Assembly (NCBI RefSeq): GCF_964204645.1
Contig: NC_134028.1
Coordinates: forward strand, 13,191,263-13,255,262
Source: Tubulanus polymorphus
Lineage: Eukaryota; Animalia; Nemertea
DNA: 64,000 bases
Reading direction: 5' to 3'
Numbering within the stretch: the stretch's first letter is position 1; each line of letters opens with the position of its first letter. The notes under the pieces were generated by a model. It had not been told where the DNA came from. It searched no databases and saw only the letters and a program-made list of their open reading frames with translations. Positions 1 to 13,400 of the stretch are shown here, in pieces. Position numbers and translations under genes: made by a program.

Positions 1-165
1 ATGGATGATTGGACCAGATGGTTATTTGACTATTTGATGGTTATTCTCTTTATGGATTTCAAAAAGCATTTGATAAGGCACTACATCAGCGATAACTTTA
101 CAAGCCTCTAGGAAATGGTATCAATGATGGGTCGCTTAAATGGCTCAGTCGTTTTCAACGATCGA
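1..165 (+). mobile_element. Degenerate LINE (CR1-like) reverse transcriptase fragment
   Basis: Reads MDFKKAFDK..HQR*LYK...GI....LKWL, the RT DFxKAFD motif, with a stop and frameshifts. Confidence 0.6.
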
Positions 166-199
166 AAACAGAATTGAAAACAGAAAATTATTGTCCTGA

Positions 200-440
200 G
201 AAAGGAAATTTTGTTCGAATATTGTTCTGTTCAATCAAGTAATAGAGGCCTACTTATTGTTCGAACTGAAAACCTTTCACTCCAATATAGAAAAAGCTAT
301 GGTATTGTTTGAACGAAAAACTTTTTGTCCCGACATAAAAAATTGTTGAGCGAAAACAATTCTGTTCGATCAAACAACTAATATTTTGTTCGAACGAAAA
401 GTTTTTCAAATTTTTCAAAAAAAAGTTTTGTTCGAACCAA
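200..440. repeat. Degenerate short-period array of a TTTTGTTCGAAC-like motif
   Basis: About 10 copies of tgtt(c/t)ga(a/t)c with A/T spacers. Confidence 0.55.
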
Positions 441-1569
441 CTTCAAATCAAAAACTAGATTTTTTATTGCAAATTTAGTTTGAAGTTCAATCCATGTGTC
501 CGTTAATAAACACAACAGTTATATTGTGTTTGTTTGAAACAGTAAAGCGCGTTGGACCCCGATAAACACTTCAAGCGGCCTAGAACTGATCTTCTATCAT
601 CCGCAGTATTGAAAACACTGAATCCGAATATCAAGCGTGAGTTCAGCTTATATACAGGTATTTAGTGAATGACCTGGATGTGGATTTGTTAAAATCGATA
701 TGTACTGTGGGACAAATAGAATATTGATATATGAATGAAATCCGCGGCCGAATCACTGGTAGTAATAAATTCATTTATTTTGATACCTCGTCAACACTAC
801 AGCTTTTCTCCGCTGCATCTGTTCGGTGTGTTTAGTTTAGGCCTACGGCTGGCGCCAGTACTTAAATGATTCATCATAGTAAATATCCGGCAAATTTAGT
901 AAAGGAAATTAGAATATTGTTTGATTAACTGTTTGAAGCCCGGGGCCAAATCCCTGGGAGTAATAAATTTATTAGTTTTTTATTTGATTCTCATGGCAAG
1001 GAGAACTTGCAGCGGATCCACAGAACGATGATGTAAAGACACACGTTCATTCATCGATCTTTACAGCTCGACGGTGCGTACAATATTTAGAGTAGTAAAT
1101 ATCCTGTGGATCGGTAAAGTGTAGCGATAGAGAAAATAGGTAATTGTTAAATTTGTCTCTTTATACTTGATTTAATAATGGAATTGACGAGCAGCCTGCG
1201 GTGGATTTCGGGATGACGACTCAGAAAAACATGTCGCCTCATTGAATGGGGTTCAATTTTTGATCTATACGATATGAAATAAAACGGATTTTATCGGAAA
1301 CAGCGGTAAGGTAAGAAAGCCTTTGCAGTTTTGACATCTATTGTCAAATAATAATAATAAACACGCGAATGTCAATAGGGTTTTCTGTGATGTAACAGAA
1401 AACCCTAGATATATTTTTGCCTAATCCTTTCAATTCATCCATTAGTAGTGAAATTACAGGCTACTGAAGTTGTGTTTGAGTGTGCTAAAAATAGCTTTGA
1501 GCGTAGTGTAGTAAGCATACAAATGATTATCGATCAGCCAGACGGTTGACATAGGCTCGCTAACACGAG

Positions 1570-2560
1570 CCAAAAACTAAGTTATTGTACTAATCAACAC
1601 TCCCTGGTGACCATATACAAACATCAATGACCTTGAAAGTCAACACAATCAAAGAACATATCACAAACTACAACATTGCAAATGATTGTGATTAAAAAAA
1701 ATTCTTAAGACCAATATTTGGAAATAAGTTATTCTACTATTCAACATCCTCTAGTGACCATATACCAAAATCAATGTCCTTGAAACTCACAACAATAACA
1801 GAAAATTTCATGACCTACAACTATGCAATTGATTGTGGTTACAAAATATACATACAGGTACCAATGAATTCCAATTATACCAATTATGTACCAATTATGA
1901 ATAGACAAATTGTTTATAATTCAATATTCAATTCTCCCTGGTGGCAAAAAAAAGAATTGGGTGATTCCAATTACATGTTAGGAGATGTATCTTTAGAATA
2001 ATAATCAATTATTAAGACTATGAGTAAAAACCTGTTGATAAAAAACTTGTTCATTTCAGGGAAGAAGCAACCAATTGATTATTGGTCAGACATATAACAT
2101 AAATGAATCATTGCTATCATTGCCTAAGCGCCGTGCGCTTCGGGTTCGGATCGTGAATCAATTGTCAGCCTAAGGAATTGATGAACGTGTAGAACCGGGC
2201 GAAGAGTGCCATAGGGGGGCAGTTAATGGAAATTTGAACGAATCAGAAGAACCACCTTGGTAATCATTGGTCGGACCAACCTCACCGGTAGCAACGCTGC
2301 TGTATTTAAGATGGCTGCCAAGTGCGTTTTAATTGGCTGATCAAAAATACCTATCTCACGTAATAAAGATCCCTTTCCAAAGAATACTGATCACAAATTT
2401 CAATGAAAAATGGCAAACCAGAATTTGGGCCAAAATTGATATTTTTGGGCACAAAAAAAGATCACAGGGCGGCCATCGAGTCCGATCGACCCAATTTTTC
2501 TTATGCTGATGGGCCCTTGGGGCATACATATATATATATACATATAAGAGCATGATTATT
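1570..2560 (+). mobile_element. Partial HINE-like family A copy with ~146-bp internal tandem repeats
   Basis: ATG(A/T)CCTTGAAA.TCA..ACAAT at 1628 and 1774; 2310-2560 is homologous to 4585-4870. Confidence 0.6.
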
Positions 2561-2784
2561 GAGCTTCTTCAAAATGTCCCTCGATTACTTCTAGTGCCTG
2601 GGGAACTGCGTTGGGTGCGAACGCAGCCCCCCCCCCACATAATCTCGAGTTAAAGAAAATTCCTCAGACTTAAATTTCAAGTCTCACTTCTCTCGCACTT
2701 GTTGACGTTCATTACTATGGTATAGATATAGACTGTTATCAATTTGCCAGTCCCCATAAATGAAGGATGAGACGAGACCTAATA

Positions 2785-5017
2785 ACTAGGAGTCCAGGGA
2801 CACTATGCCCACGTGGGAAGTGGTTTCAAATGCTCAATTATCTAACAATTTCAATATTCAACGCCCCTGGACCAATATACAACCAGAAAGAAACTTTCCA
2901 TGATGGGTTTCAGTATTGACTTAGAACTTGAAAAGTGAATGGAAATAACTGTGTTGATGCGGCACATGTTTAAACCATACTATCAAAGTAAAACATCAGT
3001 AAATATCCTTACCATGGCCACCAGATACAGTCTGCTCTCGGCACAATCACCAAGAACCCATGGCATAGGCCAATAAACATGCTGTCCATTGGGTACATGC
3101 TTTACATCCATATTTCAACATGAGTGTCTTGAAACTGTTCACAGACTGAATGAACCTTAAGACCAACTGCTAGCTATACCCTGAGGGCCTATAGCTAGTC
3201 TTACGATTGACCAAGTGGAACAGGAAAACAATATTCACCAGCGGAAGAATGACAGTTACGCAAGTTTAGTTATGGACATTTTGGACTTGAAAATTTCAAT
3301 GCCGTGAGGCTATGACATAAAACAACTAAAACTTATACATTAACTACTCGGGACAAACAAAATCAGAAGATGCTATATAAGTTTTTCAAATTTCAGGGCA
3401 GTACATATTAAACCAGGACAGCTGGTTACTGTTGAAATCAAGTTCAGCAACTGAGTGAATGTTGCTTTTAATAGTTTCATTCATGATAGCTTTTAATAGT
3501 AAAACAATTTAGGCCCAAGCTGAAAACGTTTTTAAATGTGACACCATGTCTTCGCATGACCATTCGACAATTAAAATGTGGGTCTGTTGATGCACGTCCG
3601 TGTGCACTCGGTAAAACCACTTTTCCATGGCAATCCAAATCGACACGCGTTGTGCACTAAGTATCAAGAATATCAAAATCATCAGTGTTGCAAACTAAAT
3701 ACAATATAGCCGGGCTCCAACGAGTGCTAACGTAAGGGCATAAAAATGACAGGTTCAATTGACGACACTTGATGCAATCTTTAATTACTTCTTAGCTTTG
3801 ATCAAAACACGGATCTTGGGCATGTGGTGTTATCATAGCGGAAATAGTGGATGCACCGCTACCTGCCGTGGTGCGCTGATAATATTTCGGTGTTTGAATG
3901 ATGTTTTTTTCAAACATGTACAAGCGTGTTCTGTGTTACACACACACAGCGAGTGTATTGAGCATCGCCGTAGAAACGCACTACAGCGACGTGAACTAAG
4001 GAGTAACGTTGATTATTTTATAACCAAATTTGAGCACTTATAAACATCAGAATCAAATAATAACCAAGCTGCACCATCTACACCAAGTACTGAATATATG
4101 TGCCAATTTACAGAAAAATCCGTCCACACAAATACCTCAAATCGTGTCATAAAGAAACATCCACAGACAGACAGACATGACAACGATGCCAATGACCTTG
4201 AAACTCTAGCCTAGGTACCAATATAATAAGGAAATACTAAGTTATTATACTATTCAGCGCCTCCTGGTGACCATATAGAATAACTAATTTCCTTAAAACT
4301 CACCACAATCATAGACGATGTCATTTGCTACAACTTTGCAATTGATTGTGGTAATATATTATGCATTGGTACAAATATAATACAGAAATACTAAGATATT
4401 GTATTATTCAATGCCCCCTGGTGGCCATATACAAAAACCAATGACCTTGAAACTCATCACAATCATAGAACACCTTATAAGCTACACTTATGCTACACTA
4501 ATTCATTGTGGTAACAAAATATGCTTAGGGATCAATATAATGATTAAAAACTTTTTCCAACTACGAATGAGTACTGATGACACCAAGATGGCCGCCAATT
4601 GCGTCATAATTGGCTGATCAAAAATACCTGTCTCATGTATAAAACATCCCTTTCCAAAGGATACCCATCAGCAATTGCAATGAGAAATGGCCAACCAGTA
4701 GAAAGCTACAGGACTCAGAATTCGGGCCAAAATTGACATTTTGGGCACTAATAAGGTCATAGGACAGCCACCTTGAGTCCGATCGACCCAATCTTTGTTA
4801 ACCTGATGGGCCCAGGGGAGATTCAAATAAAACGAAAGATCAAGGTAATTGATCAAAGCGTCTTCAAAATTTCCCTCCAAAAGTTCAAAAACGTGTTAAA
4901 AGTGCTGATTTTAGAGAACAACAATGGCTGCCAGTACGGATGGACGGACGAACGGACGACAGATGAAAAGTAAACGCAATAGCCCGCTGGGACTTAAGTC
5001 CGATAAGGGCTAAAAAA
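2785..5017 (+). mobile_element. Non-autonomous Helentron-like (HINE/DINE-1/pearl type) element, family A
   Basis: 5' ACTAGG..GCCCAC.TGGGA, internal ~150-bp tandem repeats, (GACA)n and (GGAC)n microsatellites, 3' stem-loop AGCCCGCTGGGAC..GTCC..GGGCTAAAAA. Paralogues at 9445-9985, 10436-13889 and 27609-31396. Confidence 0.7.
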
Positions 5018-5379
5018 TGGAATTTAATTTAGCAATACGGATCTTTTCCCGGCACTGAATCTACTTAGTATTTTGGGAAAGGTGCTGCCACTGTGATGAA
5101 AGGTTGAGTAGTGGGTTTTCCCCAAGAATGATAATATCTATTAATAAAGTTAGTAAAATTATCGTTTAAAAAGAAAATACAAAAAACAATTTCAATTTCA
5201 TGTGCTTGACTGAAATAGATTGGGACACACCAATACAAACCAAATATCAACACATTCCATCAAAGCATGAAAAATTTTCAAAATAATTTGATTCGATTTT
5301 TCGATTCATAGATAGATCAATGAAAAGTGAATTCAGCCCACTATCAGGTTGGCTAAAAGCCATACCAAATAATACAGTA

Positions 5380-5781
5380 CAGCCTAGAAGTAACATAACT
5401 CATAATGTGTCCGGTGTTCGTCAGAGATCGATGCGTTTTCGTTTTTGATAAAACGAAATAGAAATGCGAATCAAACCAGTTGCTACCGCGGTTCAAATTC
5501 AACGCATCAGGTGCGCCCACATCGAATGCACGTACGTATTAATAGAAGCTCCCTTCTTTTAGATTGCAACTTCTTTTATTTGGACGACTACTTGGTGAAA
5601 TACATGCAGTAACATTATAAACTCCTAATAGGAGCATTCGAAAAGCTTAATTTTGTAACAAATATTCATCCCTTACGAGTGTCGAACGCATTCGGAACTA
5701 AACGAAAACCAATTACAAACGCGGTTCGAATGATATAAAACTAAAAGCAAACGAAAACTGAGTTAAGTTCTTTCTAGGCTG
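5380..5781. mobile_element. MITE with TA TSD (Tc1/mariner/pogo-like)
   Basis: TIR CAGCCTAGAAGTAACATAACTCA / TGAGTTAAGTTCTTTCTAGGCTG, with TA on both flanks. Confidence 0.75.
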
Positions 5782-5821
5782 TACCATATGTTGTTGAACA
5801 GAAATTTCCATTGGTACTTAC

Positions 5822-5896
5822 ACTTTCGACAAGATTTGCACGATTGTACCCAATCAATTCTAAAAACTGTTGACGTGGATCTTTGTGAAAGTTAGT
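5822..5896 (-). CDS. SEC31: SEC31 coding exon: TNFHKDPRQQFLELIGYNRANLVES
   Basis: Corresponds to Sec31 NF..D.R...LEL.GY. ttttAG acceptor, GTAAG donor; 75 nt, phase 0/0. Confidence 0.88.
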
Positions 5897-6302
5897 CTAA
5901 AACAGAATAATACCATTTAAGTTAGACGAAAGACTGAAAAACTGTTAGAACTCTCAGGGGCGGATCCAGTGCTGAATTTTGGCTGCCTGAAAAGGGCACA
6001 TAATTCCCAATGTAACAGTCATTTTCAAAGGTTTTTCATGTTTTTTTGTGAGCGACCGGACACATGTATTTCCATTTACATTGTACTACTTTTCTGTGCA
6101 TATTTGGTATCGATTGGTAGAGAAATGACTAGATAGCAAGATTTTTAGAACAAGAGGACCAAAGGTCATGTTCTATCTGTCAGGGAGATTCTTCTAAATT
6201 CCCCCAATTGAATGGATGACAATCCAATTTCTCTGATTAACAGTAACAAACATTTATTCAGCCATCTTGGCATTTATTGTTCATGCTAAAGCATGCATAA
6301 CA

Positions 6303-7760
6303 TTACAATTTTTGTAGCTAAAATTCGTATTTCCGAATAGTACTTCCCCAATTTGGTTTGATCGGCAATGCTCTTTCTATATGACCAGGCCCAGCGGTAT
6401 TGCAATAAGCCACTGGAGATATCTGCCGTATTTTTAAACCATAGCAGACTCAAGAATACCGCTATGCAGGACAGGAGGGCGGAACTCCCACCATAGGAAA
6501 GGATAAGTACTATTCGGAAATACAGATTTTAGCTACAAAAATTGTAAGATTTCCTTAGGTCGATAGAAAAACCACAGCTCAATCGCAAGTCGCAAGGTAA
6601 TTGGGAAAGAAGAGAGCACTTACCCAAGCACAGAATGGAACACTGTAGCATAAGGAAAACTGGTTGGTCACAGTGAGTGCGTCCAGCTCAGGGCCCCCAC
6701 GAAAATAATACTGCAATAATAATACTCCCGAAACATGAGCTTAATCTATGTACACGAATACACAGCTCGTGATCCTGACTATGTAAACATAAAAAATTCT
6801 ATGCTTAAGAGTTTGATCCGAAAGAACGGACACCTTGAGCTATAACAAGACCGAGTGAAGCTAATGAGCCTATCTGGACTGTGTCATCCGGTAAATAAAA
6901 GGACATCAAATTGGAAGGAGATTCCAATCCGAAAGAACTGACACCTTGAGCTATAACAACAGCACCGAGTGAAGCTAATGAGCCTAACTGGCCTGTAACA
7001 TCCTGTAAATAAGAGGATGTAAAAGTGGAAGGAGGATTCCAAAAGGCCGTAGGAAAGGGCTGCGCAGGAAGTAGCCAAAGACCTCACCGGGTGAGAAACA
7101 ACCCCCTCCAAGGAAAGATTCTCCCTAAATAAGATGTCCTTGATAAACGACGTGACCCAGGGAGCACAGAATCTTGAGAAATGTCACCTTTTAGGTGATC
7201 AAGAAGTGGAATAAACAACTGCTCACGTGGACCCCTCATAATAATTAACAAAAAGTGGACACCTCCAATTGAACCGGGTGGCAAATAGATCCAGCAGCGG
7301 ATTGACGAACATGTCTCAAACCCAATTGGCTACTTCTTGGTGGAGGACCCGGTCCGTCTCAATAACCTGACCTCGACAAGAAAGAGCATCCGCCATAACC
7401 TTCCTTTTCCCTGCCAGATGTGCAACAGTCAGGGAAACAATCGGGAATAGGCTTACCTGTAGTAACTCCGGTAGCTTTGCATACAATAATAAATCGAAAA
7501 TCTTCTCGAAATCGCGGAAATCCCTTAGCATAAGAAATTTCGATGCTAACCGAACCGGATGATCAGAGCCCGGTGACACCCGGACCAGACTGGTGCTTGA
7601 AGCTACTGGACCTGACCTGATGTCCTGTGCCGGCATCCCGACTATCGCATGCTGATACCTGGGAAATACCTGAGACCGGTTCAGAACCAGTAGTCGAAAA
7701 ACTAAACCGGCTAGAACAGCTGAACCGGTGAAAGACCGGCGCCAAGTGATTGACCGGTGA
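6303..7760 (-). mobile_element. DIRS-type tyrosine-recombinase retrotransposon remnant (3' part)
   Basis: RNase H-like HLAGKRKVMADALS (about 7360-7420) and YR-like HPVRSLATSCA (about 7060-7095). A 43-bp inverted repeat (6303-6345 vs 6505-6547) resembles a terminal repeat/ICR pair. Confidence 0.7.
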
Positions 7761-8350
7761 CCATTACCGTAGAAGCAATGATGTTTGTTTGGCAATACTT
7801 TAAATGGCATGTATTGTACAACAAAAGTGTATGGTACAAATGATGAGTATCAACACAGCATTTTGTGAACAAGTCATTTTCAGTCACGTCTCCAAAGCCA
7901 TATCGAAATATGATGAAGACAACAATGTTACAAATATACATGCATAGCGGGGATAGCAGGTTTTCTGCATTAATGATACTGGTACTTGAACTACTTGGAA
8001 GCAGTAAAAATTTGTATTGAAATGATTTGTCAGAATTGTACTCCATACAATTCAATCAGTGCAGTTGGTGCTACAAACATACACTATAGCTGAATCACAT
8101 AGCGGTGGATCAGTCAAGCCTCCTCCCATGAATTATCAAAAGGGCACCTCAGTCCGGGAAAATTTATAATGTTTTGCGGTTCCCTGGAATCACATCAAAA
8201 CAAGAAATGATGTCTCTGTTAAAAAACAATTTTCATCTTTTTTAAAAACACAAAGCGATTTTATGGTGATGATGCTCAAAAATTCCCTTGCAATAATGCT
8301 ACATTCATACATTATGATAGCGTCCCAATATCCTAAGTACCATGACTTAC

Positions 8351-8584
8351 CTTAAGGAATTTCCAAATGTTTTTGTCATGCTCATCCGTAGAGTTTTCAA
8401 TCTTTAAATTGCAAAATTCAGTCAATTGATGATTCGACAAAGCAGTCTCGAGTTGGTTTGAACTATGTAAAATATCTGCCTCAGTGACCACCTGACTAAC
8501 ATGTACTTCACGTGGTGTAGGTTGATGCTGCTGTTGTTGCTGATCCAATTTAGTATTGCCAAATGATATCAACTTTCCACCAAA
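8351..8584 (-). CDS. SEC31: SEC31 coding exon: FGGKLISFGN...VHVSQVVTE...FCNLKIENSTDEHDKNIWKFLK
   Basis: Continues GASFG|FGGKL; V..SQVVTE and IW.FLK are Sec31 motifs. ttctAG acceptor, GTAAG donor; 234 nt. Confidence 0.95.
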
Positions 8585-8679
8585 CTAGAATAAGTAAATT
8601 AACTAAATTAAATCTAGGCCAATGAGATTCATAAAAGTGTTCCAACAAGAAATCAATGATCTTAAGAGATCCAACTCAT

Positions 8680-9060
8680 AAATAAATTGCCCATGGGCAA
8701 AGTGTGGTTTACCTTGATAGCTAGAGGTTGTTTGGAGTAAGGGCATTGCTTGAAAAATCTTTTTAATTCATGACATCGAAGTTCTAGAAGTTTATTTTGT
8801 ATTTTATCTTTCTTTAAGAATTATGTTGTAGCAAATAAGACCAAAGATAAACATTTGTTTGTGGTCTACGTCCAAAATTTCGTAGGGCACAGGTAGGCGC
8901 GGCAGGGAAACTACTTTGTATTTTCAAAAATATATTTTTCACGATATGAAAAAATATTCAAATAAAATTCATATGACAGAAAACAGTACTTTTCATATTT
9001 TTAATATGAATCTACGAGTGTAGTCCTTCTAAAATCAATTTTAATTCATAATATTATTTC
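8680..9060 (+). repeat. Interspersed repeat family B (starts AAATAAATTGCCCATGGGCAAAGTGTGG)
   Basis: Highly similar copies start at about 8680, 14898 and 37228. Confidence 0.8.
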
Positions 9061-9444
9061 ATATTTATCAGTGTAGCCTGCAATAAATTACCCTTAGAGT
9101 CTTGAACTCATCAACAAAGTGATGTCACCCGGCACCAGTCTTTACGTCCGTTAGCTGCTTCAAGGTCATCGCTAAATTTGTGATTTTTGGTAATTTTTTT
9201 ATATTTTTAGTGATATTTAGCATTCAAAGTGAGGTTTTATCGAATTCAACACATTGTCAGGATATCATACTTAAAGGATTACACGTGACTATGTATAGTA
9301 AGTAAAATATCGCTAACTAAAAACTTGAAGCGAGAGATTTTTATTGCAAATGAACTAGAACATGGAGGATTTAGGATCCAATTTCTGGTTCTGACTAGCG
9401 CCATCAAACGAGAAATTCCAGAACTTGAATTTGTCGATATCCCA

Positions 9445-9985
9445 TATTGCGTCATAATTGGCTGATCAAAAATACCTGTCCCATGTATAAAACATCCCTT
9501 TCCAAAGAATACCCATCAGCAATTGCAATGAGAAATGGCAAACCAGTAGGAAGCTACAGGACTCAGAATTCGGGCAAAAATTGACATTTTTGGGCACTTA
9601 AAAGGTCATGAGCGGCCATCTTGAGTCCTATCGACCCAATTTTTGTTACACTGATGGGCCCTGGGGAGATCCAAATATATACGAGAGATCAAGGTGATCA
9701 AAGCGTCTTCAAAATTTTCCTCAAAAACTTCAAAAATGTGTAAAAAGTGCTGATTTTGGCGAACAACAATGGCTGCCAGTCGGCCATCTTGATTCTGACA
9801 GGGCCAGGTTTTGGGCTGAATATGTGTCTAGGGTAGATACATGTGTAACCCAAATATCAAGACATTACATTGAAGCGTCTTCAAAACTTCCCAAAATGAC
9901 TGGATTCCGTCTACGGACGGACGGATGACGGACGAAAAGTGAACGCAATAGCCCGCTGGGACTAAAGTCCCAAGTGGGTTAAAAC
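9445..9985 (+). mobile_element. 3' portion of HINE-like family A
   Basis: Homologous to 4597-5017; GGAC repeats and terminal hairpin GCCCGCTGGGACTAAAGTCCCAAGTGGG. Confidence 0.75.
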
Positions 9986-10435
9986 TGTTCATGTAAAAAA
10001 AAAGAAAATTATAAGGATCGCAAAGAGAAGTTGTCTGATTTAAAGATTGTTGTAGAAACTCCATTGGAGAGAATGTTAAAGAAGTTTTATCAAATTTTGT
10101 ACCCTACAATAAATTCTTTCCCATCATCACACAACTAATTGAGATCATTCATAGCACCCCAATTTCAAATGCATGGCCAGAGAGAGCTGTAAGTGGTGCC
10201 GTAAAGAGAATTAAAACCAAGTCAAGATGTAGGCTTTCTTAATCAATTCTGCCCAATTCACGTCAAATAATTGAGGCACCATTTCAGAACTGGTTGAAAG
10301 CGAAAAATCAGAGAAAGCTGCCAAACTTTTACCAAAGCCAAACCCAAAATATGTCTTCTGAGCATATTTGCTATAAATGTCATGTACCACACAGTGAATT
10401 ATATTTGAATATGTAGAGACGTTGCAGATGCGAAT

Positions 10436-13400
10436 GTACCATGGGTTTCGGTATTGACTTAGAACTTGAAAAGTGAATGGAAATAACTGTGTTGATGCGG
10501 TGCATGTTTAATCTATACTATCAAGGTAAAACGTCAGTAAATATACTTACCATGGCCACCGGATAAAGTCTGCTCTCGGCACAATCACCAAGAACCCATG
10601 GCATAGGCCAATGACCATGCAGTCCATTGGGTACAAGCTTCACATCCATGATTCAACATGAGTGTCTTGAAGCTGTTCACAGACTGAACCTTAAGGCCAA
10701 CTGCTAGCTGTACCCTGAGGGCCAAAGCTAGTTTTATGATTGACCAAGTGGAACAAGAAATCAATATTCACCAGCGGAAGAACGACAGTTACGCAAGTTT
10801 AATTATGAACATTTTGGACTTGACAATTTTGATCCTGTGAGGCAATGACATAAAACAACTAAAACTTGAGCATTAACTACTTGGGACAAACAAAATCAGA
10901 AGATGCTATGTAAGTTTTTCAAATTTCAGGGCAGTACATATTAAACCAGGATGGCCGGTTACTGTTGAAATCAAGTTCAGCAACTGAGTGAATTTGGCTT
11001 TCAATAGTTTCATTCATGATAGCTTTTAATAGTAATGCAATTAAGGCCCAAGCTTAAAGCTCAAGTGCCCTCTAAATAGAATATTGTGTAAAACCTATTT
11101 TCTAAATGTGATATGTCTATAAATGATAAGTGTGTTAACTAATTTTGATTTTAGTAAAGCCATTACTGAGAAAGAAGACTTTAAAGTCGGCTATTTTCAC
11201 CAGTTTGCCGTACACAGCAGGTGCGCGTTTGCTGTGAAAAACCCACAATGGCTGACATCATTGTAGTCAAACACACATTTCCACGTGAGCTGTACCACTG
11301 AAGGATAACTAACTTAAGTACGCTTTATGAATAGCGAAGCTATGGCAAACTAATAGATTTGATTTAAAACAATGAACTTAGCTTTATTAGACAGACTTAA
11401 AAACAATCCGTGGTGAAATAAGCAGTGTACGTCTGAAATAATCCAACAGTTTCCAGTCTCTTATCCCGCACCGCATAATCACCATTCGTAGCGTATTTAA
11501 TCCTTTTAGAAGTTGTTTAAGATTCCTAAATTCTTTCGGATGATACTGTTATACATAACACAACAAACATACAATGGATAGCCAGCAGTAGAACTGTGAA
11601 TAAACCGAAGGAATGATGTTGTTTTATAGATTTTATAGATGTGTCCTGAGTTCACACACGTGTATGTTTGTTTGGCAAAGATGATGCATGAATGTGGCGC
11701 TGCGGCCAAGATGCATACGCTATATAGGTCAATGATCCAGTTATTTAATTTTACTGATCTAAGACACATAAGTGATTTTTTTTCTATAAGGCTGATCCCA
11801 GGTCATCATTTATATACTTATGTATCATTTAAAAAGTAAAACACAAAAAGTAGGGATTAGACGGCACTTGACCTTTAAAACGTTTTTAAATGTGACACCA
11901 TGTCTTCGCATGACCATTCAAAAATTAAAATGTGGGTCTGTTGATGCACGTCTGTATGCACGTGGTAAAAACACTTATCTTCTCCGTGGGAAGCGTTATC
12001 TATTACTACACATAATTGATACATAAATGGTAAACGGTTAACGCCTTATTGCTGACAATGCAATCACCTCGTGTTGTACACTAAGTAGGCCTATCATAAA
12101 TATCAAAATCATCGGTGTTGCAAACTAAATACAAGATAGCCGGACTCCAACGATTGCTAACTAAATACAAGATAGCCGGGCTCCAACAATTGCTAACGTA
12201 AGGGCATAAAAATGACGGGTTCAATTGATGACACTTAATGCCATCTTTAATTACTTTAGATTAGTTCTCAGCATTGATCAAAACACGGATCTTGGGAGTG
12301 TGGTGTCATCACTGCGGAAAATGGTGGATGCACGCTACCTGCTGTGGTGCGCTGATAATATTTTCGGTGTTTAAATGATGTCTTTTTGGAAAAAAATTAA
12401 CTCTATTCATCAAAATACCTTGTCTGTTTTGTGGAATACGTAGTTAAACTTTGACTTTGTCATCAATATTTCTTGCGTCTGTGATTGAAGCTCCCGTACT
12501 CAGTAAATTCGAGTGATATATTCGGGGCGGAAATCCCAGCTGGCTAATTAATTTACGCTGGTTTTTACGTAAAGAGTAGCGACCGTCTGAAACTGCAAAG
12601 AATGATCCGGCCTTATCCGAATTCCAAAAGTCTTCACTGCGTAGTGTCCGGAGCAATCCCTAGGCTCTCGGCACTAGCGCTGAATATCGCGCGCAAGGCG
12701 TTAGACTAGATCAGCGTGCCCGTACTGTATGAGTGTATCATATCTCCATGTACAAGCGTGTTCTGTGATACACAAAGCGAGTGTATTGAGCGTCACCGTA
12801 GTAACACGCCACAACGTCTTGAACTAACGAGTAACGTTGATTATTTTATAACCAAATTTGAGCACTTAAAAACATCAGAATCAAATAATAACCAAGCTGC
12901 ACCATCTACACCAAGTACAGAATATATGTCCCAATTTACCGGTTCCTGAACTTCGCTGAAAAAGCTGAATCACTGAAACGCTGAAAAAAGAACGCTGAAA
13001 TTTCAGGGAATTCCCGAAAAACACTGAAATTTCTGGGAATTCCCGAAAAAAGCTGAAATCGTGCTAGGAACCGACAATACACGTTTTGAACTTTTTTTTC
13101 CGGAGCGGGGCCGCGTTTCAGTGTTTCAGCTTTTTCAGCGAAGTTCAGGAACCGCCAATTTACAGAAACATCGGTCCATACTAACAGCTTAAATCCTGTC
13201 ATAAAGAAACATCCACAGACAGACAGACATGACGACGATGCCAATGACCTTGAAACTCACCACAATCATAGAACATGTTATGAGCAACAACTTTGCAATT
13301 GATTGTGGTAACAAAATATACTTAGGTGTCAATATAATGTGGAAAAACTGTTTTCCACCTACTAACGAGTACTGATGGCACTAAGATGGCTGCCAATTGC

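Noticed and set aside
12936-13244. 102-aa ORF
   Set aside because: It runs through a palindromic MITE; a chance open frame.
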